Source: the human T2T-CHM13v2.0 reference genome, Homo sapiens. Taken from it: a stretch of DNA of 64,000 nucleotides. Each line of letters opens with the position of its first letter. Position 1 is the first letter of the stretch. The translations under genes were made by a program, and so were the position numbers. The stretch lies in NCBI RefSeq assembly GCF_009914755.1, contig NC_060941.1; one strand, written 5' to 3'. The notes under the pieces are model-generated. The model ran no database searches. It saw nothing but the letters and a program-made list of their open reading frames with translations, and was not told the DNA's origin. Positions 1-52,929 of this stretch are shown one piece after another.

Positions 1-236
1 TTAAATCACTGATCCTCAGTGATTGCCTTAACCTTTGGCCCCATTCCCCTCCCAGGAAGTTGGTGGGGGTGAGGCTGAAAGTTCCAACCCTCTAATCATG
101 AAGCCACCTAGAGGGGCTAGCCATGAATCAACTCATCAGCACACAAAAACACACATCACTGGAGATTCCAAGGATTTTAGAAGTTGAATGCCAGGAGCCT
201 GGTCAGGAGACCAAATATGTATCTCTCAGTATCACA
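1..236. mobile_element. MER21-like ERV LTR fragment (runs off left edge)
   Basis: GGCTGAAAGTTCCAACCCTCTAATCA...GATTCCAAGGATTTTAG...GACCAAATAT...TCACA resembles my recollection of the MER21B/C consensus. Confidence 0.55.
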
Positions 237-419
237 GAGCCTGTCAGTCCTACTGGTTTTACTCGTAAAATTTATCCTACATAAAACTACTCTCTCTCTC
301 TTCCTTTAGCACTCCAGTTCAAGTTTCTCACCTGGACTACTGTGCTCTGTTCCTGCTTCCATTCTTGCCCCCCTTTCCATCTGTCATTGAAACAGGAGTT
401 TAAAACAGAAGGCACTTTC

Positions 420-3450
<3,031 letters not shown>

Positions 3451-3659
3451 TGGCTAAAAGAAATTTGAAAATAATTGCACTATACCATGATAGAGCTCTG
3501 CCATCTGGAGGAGTCTGAGATAAAATAGCTGACCCAGGTTTAATTGCCCAGAAAAAGCCTTAGTCTTTGTTCTGTAAACACAAGATCATGGATGGAGGAC
3601 AGGGTAGGAAGGGAGGAAGACAATACCCTTCAGCAGAAGGAAAAGGAGCTAAAAGTTAC

Positions 3660-16753
<13,094 letters not shown>

Positions 16754-17739
16754 GGCGCCGCCACCGCCTCCGACTCCCCCGGCGGCGGCTGCAGCAGCAG
16801 TCTGAGTGCGGGCCGGGCCAGGCCCCCGGCGTCTCCCCGGAGGAGGAGCCGGAGGGGGAGCCGCGGGGGGCGGGAGCCGGGCCGGCCCCACGGCGGCCCT
16901 GCCACAGCCAACGAGCAGGGGGCCGGGGCCGGGCCGCTCCCCGTCCGCCGCCGCCGCCTTGGTCTCCGCCACCGTGAGGGAAACGGCCGCCGCCGCCGCT
17001 GCCTTCGTCACCTCAGCTTCCGCCCGCCGCCGCCCCCGCTGCTGCCTCAGTCCCGGGACCCGCTGCTGCCGCTGCCGCTCCACAGCCTCCACCTCCCCCT
17101 GCCACCGCCGCCTACTGCGCAGGCGCACCGGGCACCCGCCCGCTGCGCGCGGGGCCCCGAGGGCCACCGCGCAGGCGTCAAGGTTAGAGCCCCAGCTAGC
17201 GCCAGCTAGCGCATCGGGGCTTCCACATTCCCTTTCACTCTCTCACTCCCCCTCCTGGTCGCTTGCTAGCGCTTGCGCAGAACAAGATTAGCCTTCTTTC
17301 TTCACCGCTCCACCGCCCAGCCACCCCGTCTCTTCCTTTCCCCGCCCCACAACACTGAGAACCAACCAATCAGGGGGAGGGAGGGGCCGGGCTCGCTCAG
17401 TCCGATTGGGCGGCGTCCGCACAGTCACACAGCGCTCAGGCCACACCCACTCCGCCGCCGCTGGCCCCACCGGGCTTGGACAAGTTAGGGATGGGCATGC
17501 GCCTGAACGACTGCTTGGTCACTTTCCCCACCTTTGTCTTTCTTGGTGCGCACGCTCCAAAAAGAAAAAAAAAAGAAGAGGAGTCGCCGCAAGGAAAAAG
17601 GTGCTTGGTGCGCACGCGCTGAGCTTTACCCTCTTCGCGTATGCATCGCCGATATTTTAAGAATCTGTAACTCTCTACTGTAGTAGATTTAACAGTCATG
17701 GCTCTTACCTTGAAGAGATTGTGATACAATGAAAGTTTT

Positions 17740-28459
<10,720 letters not shown>

Positions 28460-28647
28460 TTTCACCCTCAACAAGGAAGAAAGGTCTCTCCCTCAATTCT
28501 GCTCTTCCAATACTTGAGGATAGGCACCCCTAACCCTCCTTCCTCCAGGGAGGCCTCAGCATCAGTGTCTGTGGACGTAGTCTCTGAAGAGTGCTTCAGC
28601 TGATGGGGAAGGAGAAACTCAAGACAGAGATCCTCCTAGGGATGGCG

Positions 28648-29836
<1,189 letters not shown>

Positions 29837-30254
29837 CCGGATCCCCGCTGTCTGGGACCAAAGTCCCAGGGCCTCGCAAACGGCAACTAGACCCCTTAAA
29901 GGGCCTACGGACTTGGATCCTGAAGAGCCTGAGAGAGCGGGGTGGCGGGAGTCGGGGGGGACGGCGGGGTAGCCGCGGCCTGGTAAGTGGAGCTGGGATT
30001 CCGGCGCCGTACGGGAGGAGAGAGTAGGCCAGCGAGGCGATCCTCTGTCCGGGCATAGCCCCACCCCCTCGAATTCTGTCGCAGCAGGGGGCACAACTGT
30101 CAGCCAATCAGCTTGGAGAACAGGCACGGCCGCGTCCCCCCCAAGCCCCACCCCCGACAGCTGGATCTTGTGACTGGGCTCCTGGGTAGAGTTCAAGGTT
30201 GGAGTGAAGCGGCTTCCTTGCGGTTGTGTGGGTGTCCCAACCTGGGTCGAGATA

Positions 30255-30352
30255 CCCCGCGGTTCAAAGGCTCCCCCGCAGTGCTTTTTAAATTGACATA
30301 TGCAGTGATAACCTGCTTTAGCCTCAGGCTCACTCACCCGCCCAGACCCTGG
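30255..30352 (+). other. SHBG: SHBG alternative (testis-type) first exon, no AUG; 5' boundary approximate
   Basis: Reads [32 protein letters not shown], which I recognise as the SHBG alternative exon-1 peptide; ends TGG|GTAAGC in phase 0, like SHBG exon 2. Confidence 0.8.
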
Positions 30353-30444
30353 GTAAGCCTTAAGACCCTCAGCTCTGAAAGCTGTTTCCTGCAGCTCTTG
30401 AGTAGCATGAAGTGTTACCTCTTGGGGGCATTTGCATTTTTTAA

Positions 30445-30666
<222 letters not shown>

Positions 30667-30669
30667 TAA

Positions 30670-30774
<105 letters not shown>

Positions 30775-30907
30775 TAGCTGGGATTACAGGCATGGGCAAC
30801 CATACCTGGCTAATTTTTGTATTTTTAGTAGAGACGGGGTTTCACTACGTTGGCCAGGCTGGTCTGGAACTCCTGACCTCAAGTGATCTGCCCGCCTCAG
30901 CCTTCTA

Positions 30908-31255
<348 letters not shown>

Positions 31256-31364
31256 TCAAAATAAATAAATAAAATAAAATGCGTCAGGGAGGGTCGGGCC
31301 TTGTGGCTAATGCCTGTAATCCAGGTACTTTGGGAGGCTGAGGTGGGCGGATCATTTCAGGTCA

Positions 31365-31610
<246 letters not shown>

Positions 31611-32189
31611 TCAGGGAGTGGGTGATTTCTACTGCTAGACTGTTTAGGCCCTGTAATAAATGGATAAGGGAAGATAACTGAGAGGCGGGGGGCAGGTCCC
31701 TTCTTAATATTCACTGAATCATACACACAGACAATACCTTCTTGGGAGACAGGCCTCAGAGGCCTGGGAAAAGACTGGGGGAGGAGTTCAGACCAGATGC
31801 CAGGCACTGTGCCTGCATTTTCTCAATGAACCCTCTTTCACAGTCACCCCGTAAAGTATTATTTTCCTCATTTTACAGACAAGGACATTGAAGCACAAAG
31901 GTGAAGTGACTTGCCCAAGGTCACTCAGCTAGAAATTTAGGATTCCATTATCTCATTTCTAGTCCTGATACAGGATGCTACTTGGGACGCAGGGGAGGAC
32001 TGTTTCTAGACCTCAGGCCTGTGAATGCAGGCTCCCCGAGTGGACAGAAATCTTGGAGGACCTAGATCAGGCCCTAGAGGAGGAGAGGGGAGATGGAATA
32101 TCCTCTCCCAGTTCAGAAACTTTCTCGGCAGTGGAGGATGATAGTGGAGGGGACTCTGTCCTTCACCCCATTGATCCCCAGAGGGGTGA

Positions 32190-32363
32190 TAGCTGAGTCT
32201 TGTGACTGGGCCCCTGGGCAGGGGTCAAGGGTCAGTGCCCCTGTTTCCTTTACCCCCTCCTCCCCGGGCAACCTTTAACCCTCCACCGCCCACACACAAG
32301 GCTGCCTGCCTCTACACATTCTCCCAAGAGTTGTCTGAGCCGCCGAGTGGACAGTGGCTGATT
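32190..32363 (+). promoter_or_regulatory. SHBG: SHBG hepatic TATA-less proximal promoter with DR1 nuclear-receptor sites
   Basis: Perfect DR1 GGGTCA-A-GGGTCA 32222-32234; HNF4-type DR1 CAACCTTTAACCC 32269-32281 in the TATA position; USF-like CTTGTGAC ~32199. Confidence 0.85.
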
Positions 32364-32474
32364 ATGGAGAGCAGAGGCCCACTGGCTACCTCGCGCCTGC
32401 TGCTGTTGCTGCTGTTGCTACTACTGCGTCACACCCGCCAGGGATGGGCCCTGAGACCTGTTCTCCCCACCCAG
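32364..32474 (+). CDS. SHBG: SHBG exon 1 coding part
   Basis: MESRGP...LRPVLPTQ|gtgcag. Confidence 0.97.
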
Positions 32475-35400
32475 GTGCAGGAGCGGGACAGGGCACTCAG
32501 CTCATGCAGTCTTCCCTTCTCTCCTCTGGCCCTGTAGCAGGGCCTCTCCCTCTGTCTGTCTCTGACATGTCCCTACTCAGCTTTGTTTGTTTTCTCTTTC
32601 TGATAGAGTGCCCACGACCCTCCGGCTGTCCACCTCAGCAATGGCCCAGGACAAGAGCCTATCGCTGTCATGACCTTTGACCTCACCAAGATCACAAAGT
32701 ATGGGGTTGGCCTAGCCCTTGACCCAGTCCCCTGGTTCTGCCCTCTCTCCATCAGCTCTTCTCTTTTCCCTGTCTTCCTTTCCTTATCTGTGAACACCAT
32801 CTCCCCCAAACCCACACTGGTTCTCAAAGGACACATGACATACACAATCTTTCCTTCTGTGTCCTTCCAGAACCTCCTCCTCCTTTGAGGTTCGAACCTG
32901 GGACCCAGAGGGAGTGATTTTTTATGGGGATACCAACCCTAAGGATGACTGGTTTATGCTGGGACTTCGAGACGGCAGGCCTGAGATCCAACTGCACAAT
33001 CACTGGGCCCAGCTTACGGTGGGTGCTGGACCACGGCTGGATGATGGGAGATGGCACCAGGTAAGCTAGCTCTGGTCCTCAGGGGAGGGATGTCTGGAGC
33101 TGGTCTGAGGAAAGGGAACAAAACCAAGTTATTGGGCATCCCTTTACCACTGTCATCTCGTTTAATCCACACGAACCCCCACAAAGTAGCTATTCTTGGC
33201 CCCATCTTTTCTGATGGGAATTCTAAGGCTCAGTCAGTATATAAGTGACAAGAGCTGAGTGACCCAAGGCCAAGGATGCTAGCTGCTTCTTTAAGGCATG
33301 TTCTTTCCACTATAGTACTAGGCTGCCTCACAGGAAGGTGGCAGAAACAGATCCCAGGGGCCTCTGATTTTGCTTCCCACCTTCCTGCAGGTGGAAGTCA
33401 AGATGGAGGGGGACTCTGTGCTGCTGGAGGTGGATGGGGAGGAGGTGCTGCGCCTGAGACAGGTCTCTGGGCCCCTGACCAGCAAACGCCATCCCATCAT
33501 GAGGATTGCGCTTGGGGGGCTGCTCTTCCCCGCTTCCAACCTTCGGTTGCCGGTAACTACACCCCAGGGGTGGAACCCTAGCCAAGACTTGGTAAAGCAC
33601 TGCTGGGTGGCTGGCCGTGGGAATCTAAGTCCACACTTTTAGGGAGAAGGGAAGGGTTGAGAGCTGCAAGGGGGAGGCCAAATGCTCAGAGGGGAGTCAA
33701 CTGAGGGCAGGGAGGTCGGGACTGCGGCTCCGATGCCCTGATTTCTACATCCCCGTATCTTATCTCTGTCACACTCCAGCTGGTTCCTGCCCTGGATGGC
33801 TGCCTGCGCCGGGATTCCTGGCTGGACAAACAGGCCGAGATCTCAGCATCTGCCCCCACTAGCCTCAGAAGCTGTGATGTAGAATCAAATCCCGGGATAT
33901 TTCTCCCTCCAGGGACTCAGGCAGAATTCAATCTCCGAGGTAGATTTCCTCGGAGTCTATTTTTCCCACCCTGGCCAGCTCAGCCTGCCTCTGTCCCCCT
34001 CTACCACTGGCCCCTTTCCTCCTTGAGACCCCAGCTTTGAGGCCTCAGGATAATCATTTCTCCCCACAGACATTCCCCAGCCTCATGCAGAGCCCTGGGC
34101 CTTCTCTTTGGACCTGGGACTCAAGCAGGCAGCAGGCTCAGGCCACCTCCTTGCTCTTGGGACACCAGAGAACCCATCTTGGCTCAGTCTCCACCTCCAA
34201 GATCAAGTAAAGGGGGACAGTGGGGCATTGCCTGTATTCAGTGGAGCCTGGAGCAATGAGGGAAGAGGGGAGTCCAACATGTCAATATTAGGAAGGTTTC
34301 CAGCCCAGGGAACATAACAAGACTGGCTCCACAGAATTGTTTTTCATTAATAATTAGCCAGGCATGGTGGTGCTTGCCTGTAATCCCAGGTGCTGGAGGC
34401 CAAGACCAGAGGATCACTTGAGGCCAGGAGTTTGACACCAGCCTGGGCAACATAGCAGAGACCTCTGTCTAAAAAAAAAAAAAAATTAGCCAGGCATGGT
34501 AGCACATGTCTGCTGCCCTAGCTATTTAGGAGCCTGAGGCAGGAGGTTCACTTGAGCCCAGGAGTTTGAAGCTGCAGTGAGCTATGATGTGCCACTGCAC
34601 TCTGACCTGGGCCACAGTGAGACCCTGTCTCAAAAAAATAAAAATAAAAATAAGGCTTATGGATGGCACTCAGGTGGGTGGTAGGGGCGAGGGACATATC
34701 TTGAAGCTCCCCACAGCAAGCAAACAGTTTTGACTTAGACTGCATATTTACTTGGGGCAGGTGTGGTTTCAAAAAGGGTCAAGCCAAAAAAAATTGGGGC
34801 AGGATTTAAGTGGTGAGAATGGCCAGTAGGTGGAGGCATAGCGAAGAGGCAGAATTAAGGCAGCTAGGGGTGAGGCCACAGGCAGTAGGCCCGGCTCATT
34901 CTTCCCTCTCTCTCTACCGTCCCTTTCCCACACACTCTGCAGAAGGTGGTGTTGTCTTCTGGGTCGGGGCCAGGGCTGGATCTGCCCCTGGTCTTGGGAC
35001 TCCCTCTTCAGCTGAAGCTGAGTATGTCCAGGGTGGTCTTGAGCCAAGGGTCGAAGATGAAGGCCCTTGCCCTGCCTCCCTTAGGCCTGGCTCCCCTCCT
35101 TAACCTCTGGGCCAAGCCTCAAGGGCGTCTCTTCCTGGGGGCTTTACCAGGTAAGAGAGAATGATGTTCAAGTTCATGAGCACAACATTGGAAACAGCTC
35201 AAGGGAGGCGGCACATTTTGAGGGGAAGGAAACCTCTGGGAGGGAAGAAGAATAGGCCACAAGAAGAAGATATGGGGGCAGTGGAAGGTAGTGCTTTTGC
35301 AAACTCAGGTTGGAGGAGTGGAAAAGTGGGGAGAAGATTCTGGATCCGAGCCACCTTAATGCTCTAATGCCACCTTTGCACTACCTCCCTCTAGGAGAAG

Positions 35401-35543
35401 ACTCTTCCACCTCTTTTTGCCTGAATGGCCTTTGGGCACAAGGTCAGAGGCTGGATGTGGACCAGGCCCTGAACAGAAGCCATGAGATCTGGACTCACAG
35501 CTGCCCCCAGAGCCCAGGCAATGGCACTGACGCTTCCCATTAA
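32364..35543 (+). CDS. SHBG: SHBG sex hormone-binding globulin precursor, 402 aa. join(32364-32474, 32607-32698, 32871-33060, 33391-33552, 33780-33939, 34070-34206, 34943-35150, 35395-35543)
   Basis: 1209-nt spliced ORF: signal peptide [29 protein letters not shown], two laminin-G domains, C-terminal NRS/NGT sequons, ends GTDASH*. Confidence 0.99.
32607..32698 (+). CDS. SHBG: SHBG exon 2
   Basis: [30 protein letters not shown]; 92 nt. Confidence 0.97.
32871..33060 (+). CDS. SHBG: SHBG exon 3
   Basis: [20 protein letters not shown]...LDDGRWHQ; 190 nt. Confidence 0.97.
33391..33552 (+). CDS. SHBG: SHBG exon 4
   Basis: [22 protein letters not shown]...SNLRLP; 162 nt. Confidence 0.97.
33780..33939 (+). 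CDS. SHBG: SHBG exon 5
   Basis: [18 protein letters not shown]...QAEFNLR; 160 nt. Confidence 0.97.
34070..34206 (+). CDS. SHBG: SHBG exon 6
   Basis: [19 protein letters not shown]...SLHLQDQ; 137 nt. Confidence 0.97.
34943..35150 (+). CDS. SHBG: SHBG exon 7
   Basis: [24 protein letters not shown]...LFLGALP; 208 nt. Confidence 0.97.
35395..35543 (+). CDS. SHBG: SHBG exon 8 (to stop)
   Basis: [16 protein letters not shown]...[11 protein letters not shown]. Confidence 0.97.
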
Positions 35544-35544
35544 A
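35539..35544 (+). terminator. SHBG: SHBG polyadenylation signal ATTAAA overlapping the stop codon
   Basis: CAT TAA A = last His codon + stop. Confidence 0.7.
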
Positions 35545-35574
35545 GCTCCACCTAAGAACCCCCTTTGAAAGTTA

Positions 35575-42770
<7,196 letters not shown>

Positions 42771-42898
42771 GTGTTTCAGAAGTCTTCTCTTTCCTTGTTC
42801 TTGTCTTTGCAAACACCCATTTTGTTGGGAACCCAGACGGCTAAGTCCCTGGAATTGCATGGACTGACGGGAAGGAGATAGACGGGTACAGCCCTCAG

Positions 42899-44444
42899 TG
42901 AGAGGTGACAGCGTGCTGGCAGCCCTCTCAGCGCCTTCTCGGTCTTGGCGCCCACTCTGGCCGCGCTTGAGGAGCCCTTCAGCCCACCGCTGCACTGTGG
43001 GAGCCCCTTTCTGGGCTGGCCAAGGTCGGAGCCAGCTCCCTCAGCTTGCGGGAAGGTGTGGAGGGAGAGACGCGGGTGGGAACCGGGGCTGCACGCGGTG
43101 CTTGCCGGCCAGCGCGATTCCGGGTGGACGTGGCACTTGGAGCGCCGGCCGGCCCTGCCGGCCCCGGGCAGTGAGGGGATTAGCACCAGGGCCAGCAGCT
43201 GCTATGCTCAATTCTCGCCGGGCCTTAGCTGCCTTGCCGCAGGGCAGTGCTCGGGACCTGCAGCCCACCATGCCTGAGCCTCCCCTTCACTCCGTGGGCT
43301 CCTGTGCAGCCCGAGTCTCCCTGAGGAGCGCCACCCCCTGCTCCATGGCGCCCAGTCCCATCGACCACCCAAGAGCTGAGGAGTGCAGGTGCATGGCACG
43401 GGACTGGCAGGCAGCTCCACCTGCGGCCCGGTGCGGGATCCACTGGGTGAAGCCAGTTGGGCTTCTGAGTCTGGCGGGGACTTGGAGAACCTTTATGTCT
43501 AGCTAAGGGATTGTAAATACACCAATCGGCACTGTGTGTCTAGCTCAAGGTTTGTAAACACACCAATCAGCACCCAGTGTCTAGCTCAGGGTTTGTGAAT
43601 GCACCAATCAACACTCTGTATCTAGCTACTCTGGTGGGGACTTGGAGAACCTTTATGTCTAGCTAAGGGATTGTAAATACACCAATCGGCATTCTGTATC
43701 TAGCTCAAGGTTTGTAAACACACCAATCAGCACCTGGTGTCTAGCTCAGGGTTTGTGAATGCACCAATCGACACTGTATCTAACTACTCTGGTGGGGACT
43801 TGGAGAACCTTTGTGTTGACACTCTGTAGCTAGCTAATCTACTGGGGACTTGGAGAACTTTTGTGTCTAGCTCAGGGATTGTAAACGCACCAATCAGCAC
43901 CCTGTCAAAATGGACCAATCAGCTCTCTGTAAAATGGACCAATCGGCTCTCTGTAAAATGGACCAGTCAGCAGGATGTGGGTGGGACCAGATAAGAGAAT
44001 AAATGCAGGCTGCCCGAGCCAGCAGTGGCAACTCATTGGGTCCCGTTTCATACTGTGGAAGCTTAGTTCTTTCGCTCTTTGCAATAAATCTTGCTGCTGT
44101 TCACTCTTTGGGTCCACACTTCTTTTATGAGCTGTAACACTCACTCTGAAGGTCTGCAGCTTCACTCCTGAAGCCAGCGAGACCATGAACCCACTGGCAG
44201 GAACGATGAACTCCAGACAAGCCGCCTTAAGAGCTGTGACATTCACGGGGAAGGTCTGCAGCTTCACTCCTGAGCCAGCGAGACCACGAACCCACCAGAA
44301 GGAAATAACTCCCAACACATCCGAACATCAGAAGGAACAAACTCCGGACACGCCGCCTTTTAAGAACTGTGACACTCAACTGCGAGGGTCTGTGGCTTCA
44401 TTCTTGAAGTTAGTGAGACCAAAAACCCACCAATTCTGGACACA
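42899..44444 (+). mobile_element. Solo LTR12 (LTR12C-like, HERV9) long terminal repeat
   Basis: Starts TGAGAGGTGACAGCGTGCTGGCAG, ends CACCAATTCTGGACACA; GC-rich U3, tandem CCAAT/TCTAGCT repeat array (43480-43960), GATAAGAGAATAAA promoter box, AATAAA ~44083; flanks TCAG/CCAG (degenerate 4-bp TSD). Confidence 0.93.
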
Positions 44445-45119
44445 CCAGGACAAGGTCTAGATATGAAAGAGGGGGTGTGAAGGCTTTCATGCCCTGGTTT
44501 CTTTCTGGAGATGCTGGTGGGAAAGGTGGGCTCCAGGAAAAGGCTGGAGGTTTGTAACAGCTCTTCTCCCGGAAATTTTTCAGATCTCCCCTCTCTCAGC
44601 GTGTTTCCCTCAGAACACCAATGTTGCGCTTAATGCTGGGGCTCCTCCCCCCTCCTCCGTTCTCTCCTCCAAACTTGCAGGAGAAGACAGCAAGGAAAGG
44701 GAGCAACAGGTATCTCATCCTTACTCCATAAACCCCCTACAGTGCAGAGAAGACATTTCTTTCTTTCCAAGTGAACATGGGGTACAAGGGTAGAGACTGA
44801 GCCGGGAATCCGGAGGCCACCCCTGGCTGTGTCTGCTAAGCTTTACGTTTTGAGGATAGGACCAGGTTTCATCTTTACAAACAGAGGCTGTATCACTTCC
44901 GTGCTGCTTGCCTGAGGAAGGAAAGAGCAAGTTGCCTCTGAGGTCCCTTGCAGAAGGAGCCTTTCCATGTTCATGCCAATTCAACCAGGCACTATCTTTG
45001 GTTAGCTCTATGGGTTTCTTGAGTTTGAAGAAAGTATAAATAGTCTAAGATAAAGGCCTGTTCTCAAAGAGCTTAGAGCGCTTAGAGTCTAGTTGAAGAG
45101 ATAAAACACACACAAGAGT

Positions 45120-48420
<3,301 letters not shown>

Positions 48421-48552
48421 TTAAAATCTTGCCGGTTTTCCTTGGAGAGATTTTTCTTCTCCTTTCAACTGTCACCTTAAATCCTTAGCCCAAGTTCTCA
48501 ACACCTCACATCCAAACTGCCGTCCACATTCTCAAACCCACTCCCTCCAGTC

Positions 48553-50860
<2,308 letters not shown>

Positions 50861-51230
50861 CTTCAGTCTATTCTGCAGCAGATTCGGGATTAATTTTCTC
50901 AAAATACAGCTTTAATTAGGCCACTCCTCAGCTGAAAGTTCTTCAGTGGCTTCTTATTAGCCTGTAGGATAGAGTCCTGATTCTTCAGTCTAACCTGCAG
51001 GGTACTCCGCAATCCACACCCATGCTGTGTCCCCAACCTCCTTTCCCACTAGTCTCCGACTAGTTCTCTCCTGGAGCCAAGCCAGCCACTCCTGGGGTAG
51101 ACTGTGCTTACTCCTGACTTCACACCTCTGTGCCTTTCATTCCTTTGTCCTGGAAGACTACCTACCCTTCAGAGGCCAGCCCCAACTCCCATTCATTCAT
51201 TCATTCATTCAATGCATACCATTTTTTTGA

Positions 51231-51332
<102 letters not shown>

Positions 51333-51493
51333 TGAGTAGCTGGGATTACAGGCTCCCACCACCGCACCCGGCTAATTTTTTTAGTTTTAGTAGAGACGCA
51401 GTTTCACCATGTTGGCCAGGCTGGTCTTGAACTCCTGACCTCTGGTCTCGAACTCCCTTGCTCAGGTGATCCATTGGCCTCGGCCTCCTATAG

Positions 51494-51994
<501 letters not shown>

Positions 51995-52929
51995 TGAGCC
52001 ACCGCGCCTGGCCTAATTTTGCATTTTTAAGTAGAGACGGGGTTTCACCATGTGGGCAAGGCTAGTCTCGAACTCCTGACTTCGTGATCTGCCCGCCTCG
52101 GCCTCCCAAAATGCTGGGATTACAGGCATAAGCCACCGTGCCCGGCTTGAGATAATGATTCTTAACATGTGGTATGTAGAGCAAGTGTACTCCCGCCCTA
52201 GACTGTGAGCCCCGTGAGAGATGTGGCTTCAGTGTAACCTCTCTGGCCTCCCCAGGGCTACAGCACACAGTCTATAGAGGTGCTCAATAAATGTTTGTTG
52301 ACCCAAGTAGACACATAAGGAGGTGAGTTCCGACGTGGGGGTGGGGGTGCCAGGAGGCAGAGAACCGAAGTAGACCTGGCTGCAGGGCTGGGATCTCAGG
52401 GCAGTGCTGGGGACTGGGAATGTGGTGTTGAGAGGGCTTCAGGGAGACGTGATGGGAAGATGGGGAAGCCTCTGCACGTGGACAGAGCCAGGTGGTGTGG
52501 ACAGGGGCTGTGAGATTGGAGAAGGAGGCGTCTGGGGGACTGGTAGCGGCTCCCAACAGGGGAACGTCCCTCTGGGGGTGCCCTTTATCCATCTCTGCGG
52601 GGCCTGTCCTAGCTTCCCTCCTGGCTCGGCCAGCCTCCCGGCTGGTCTCTTCGCTCTCTTTCTTGATCTCTAGCTCTTTATTCCTCTGACATTCTGCCCC
52701 ATCTGCTCCCGGACTCTTCCGCCGCATCTGTATCTTAGTCTCTTTCTAACTCCCTGCCTGGGGCCCCCACCTTTGAGCATATATCGGCTTCTCTCTCTGC
52801 CGTTGTGTTTCTCTGGGGTTATCTTTCCCTCTACTCCGCCCGGACACGCCCTCTATCTCTTCCTCCCACCCTGTCCCAGTCTAGTACCTGGGGTGGGGGT
52901 AATGGAGAGACAGCTAGGTCCCTAAGAGA

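Noticed and set aside
42776-43506. 202-aa and other ORFs in GC-rich sequence
   Set aside because: U3 region of LTR12; no retroviral gag/pol similarity; solo LTR
43480-43960. Regular repeat array superficially like a CRISPR or satellite array
   Set aside because: It is the known tandem enhancer repeat of LTR12; no unique spacers; eukaryotic context
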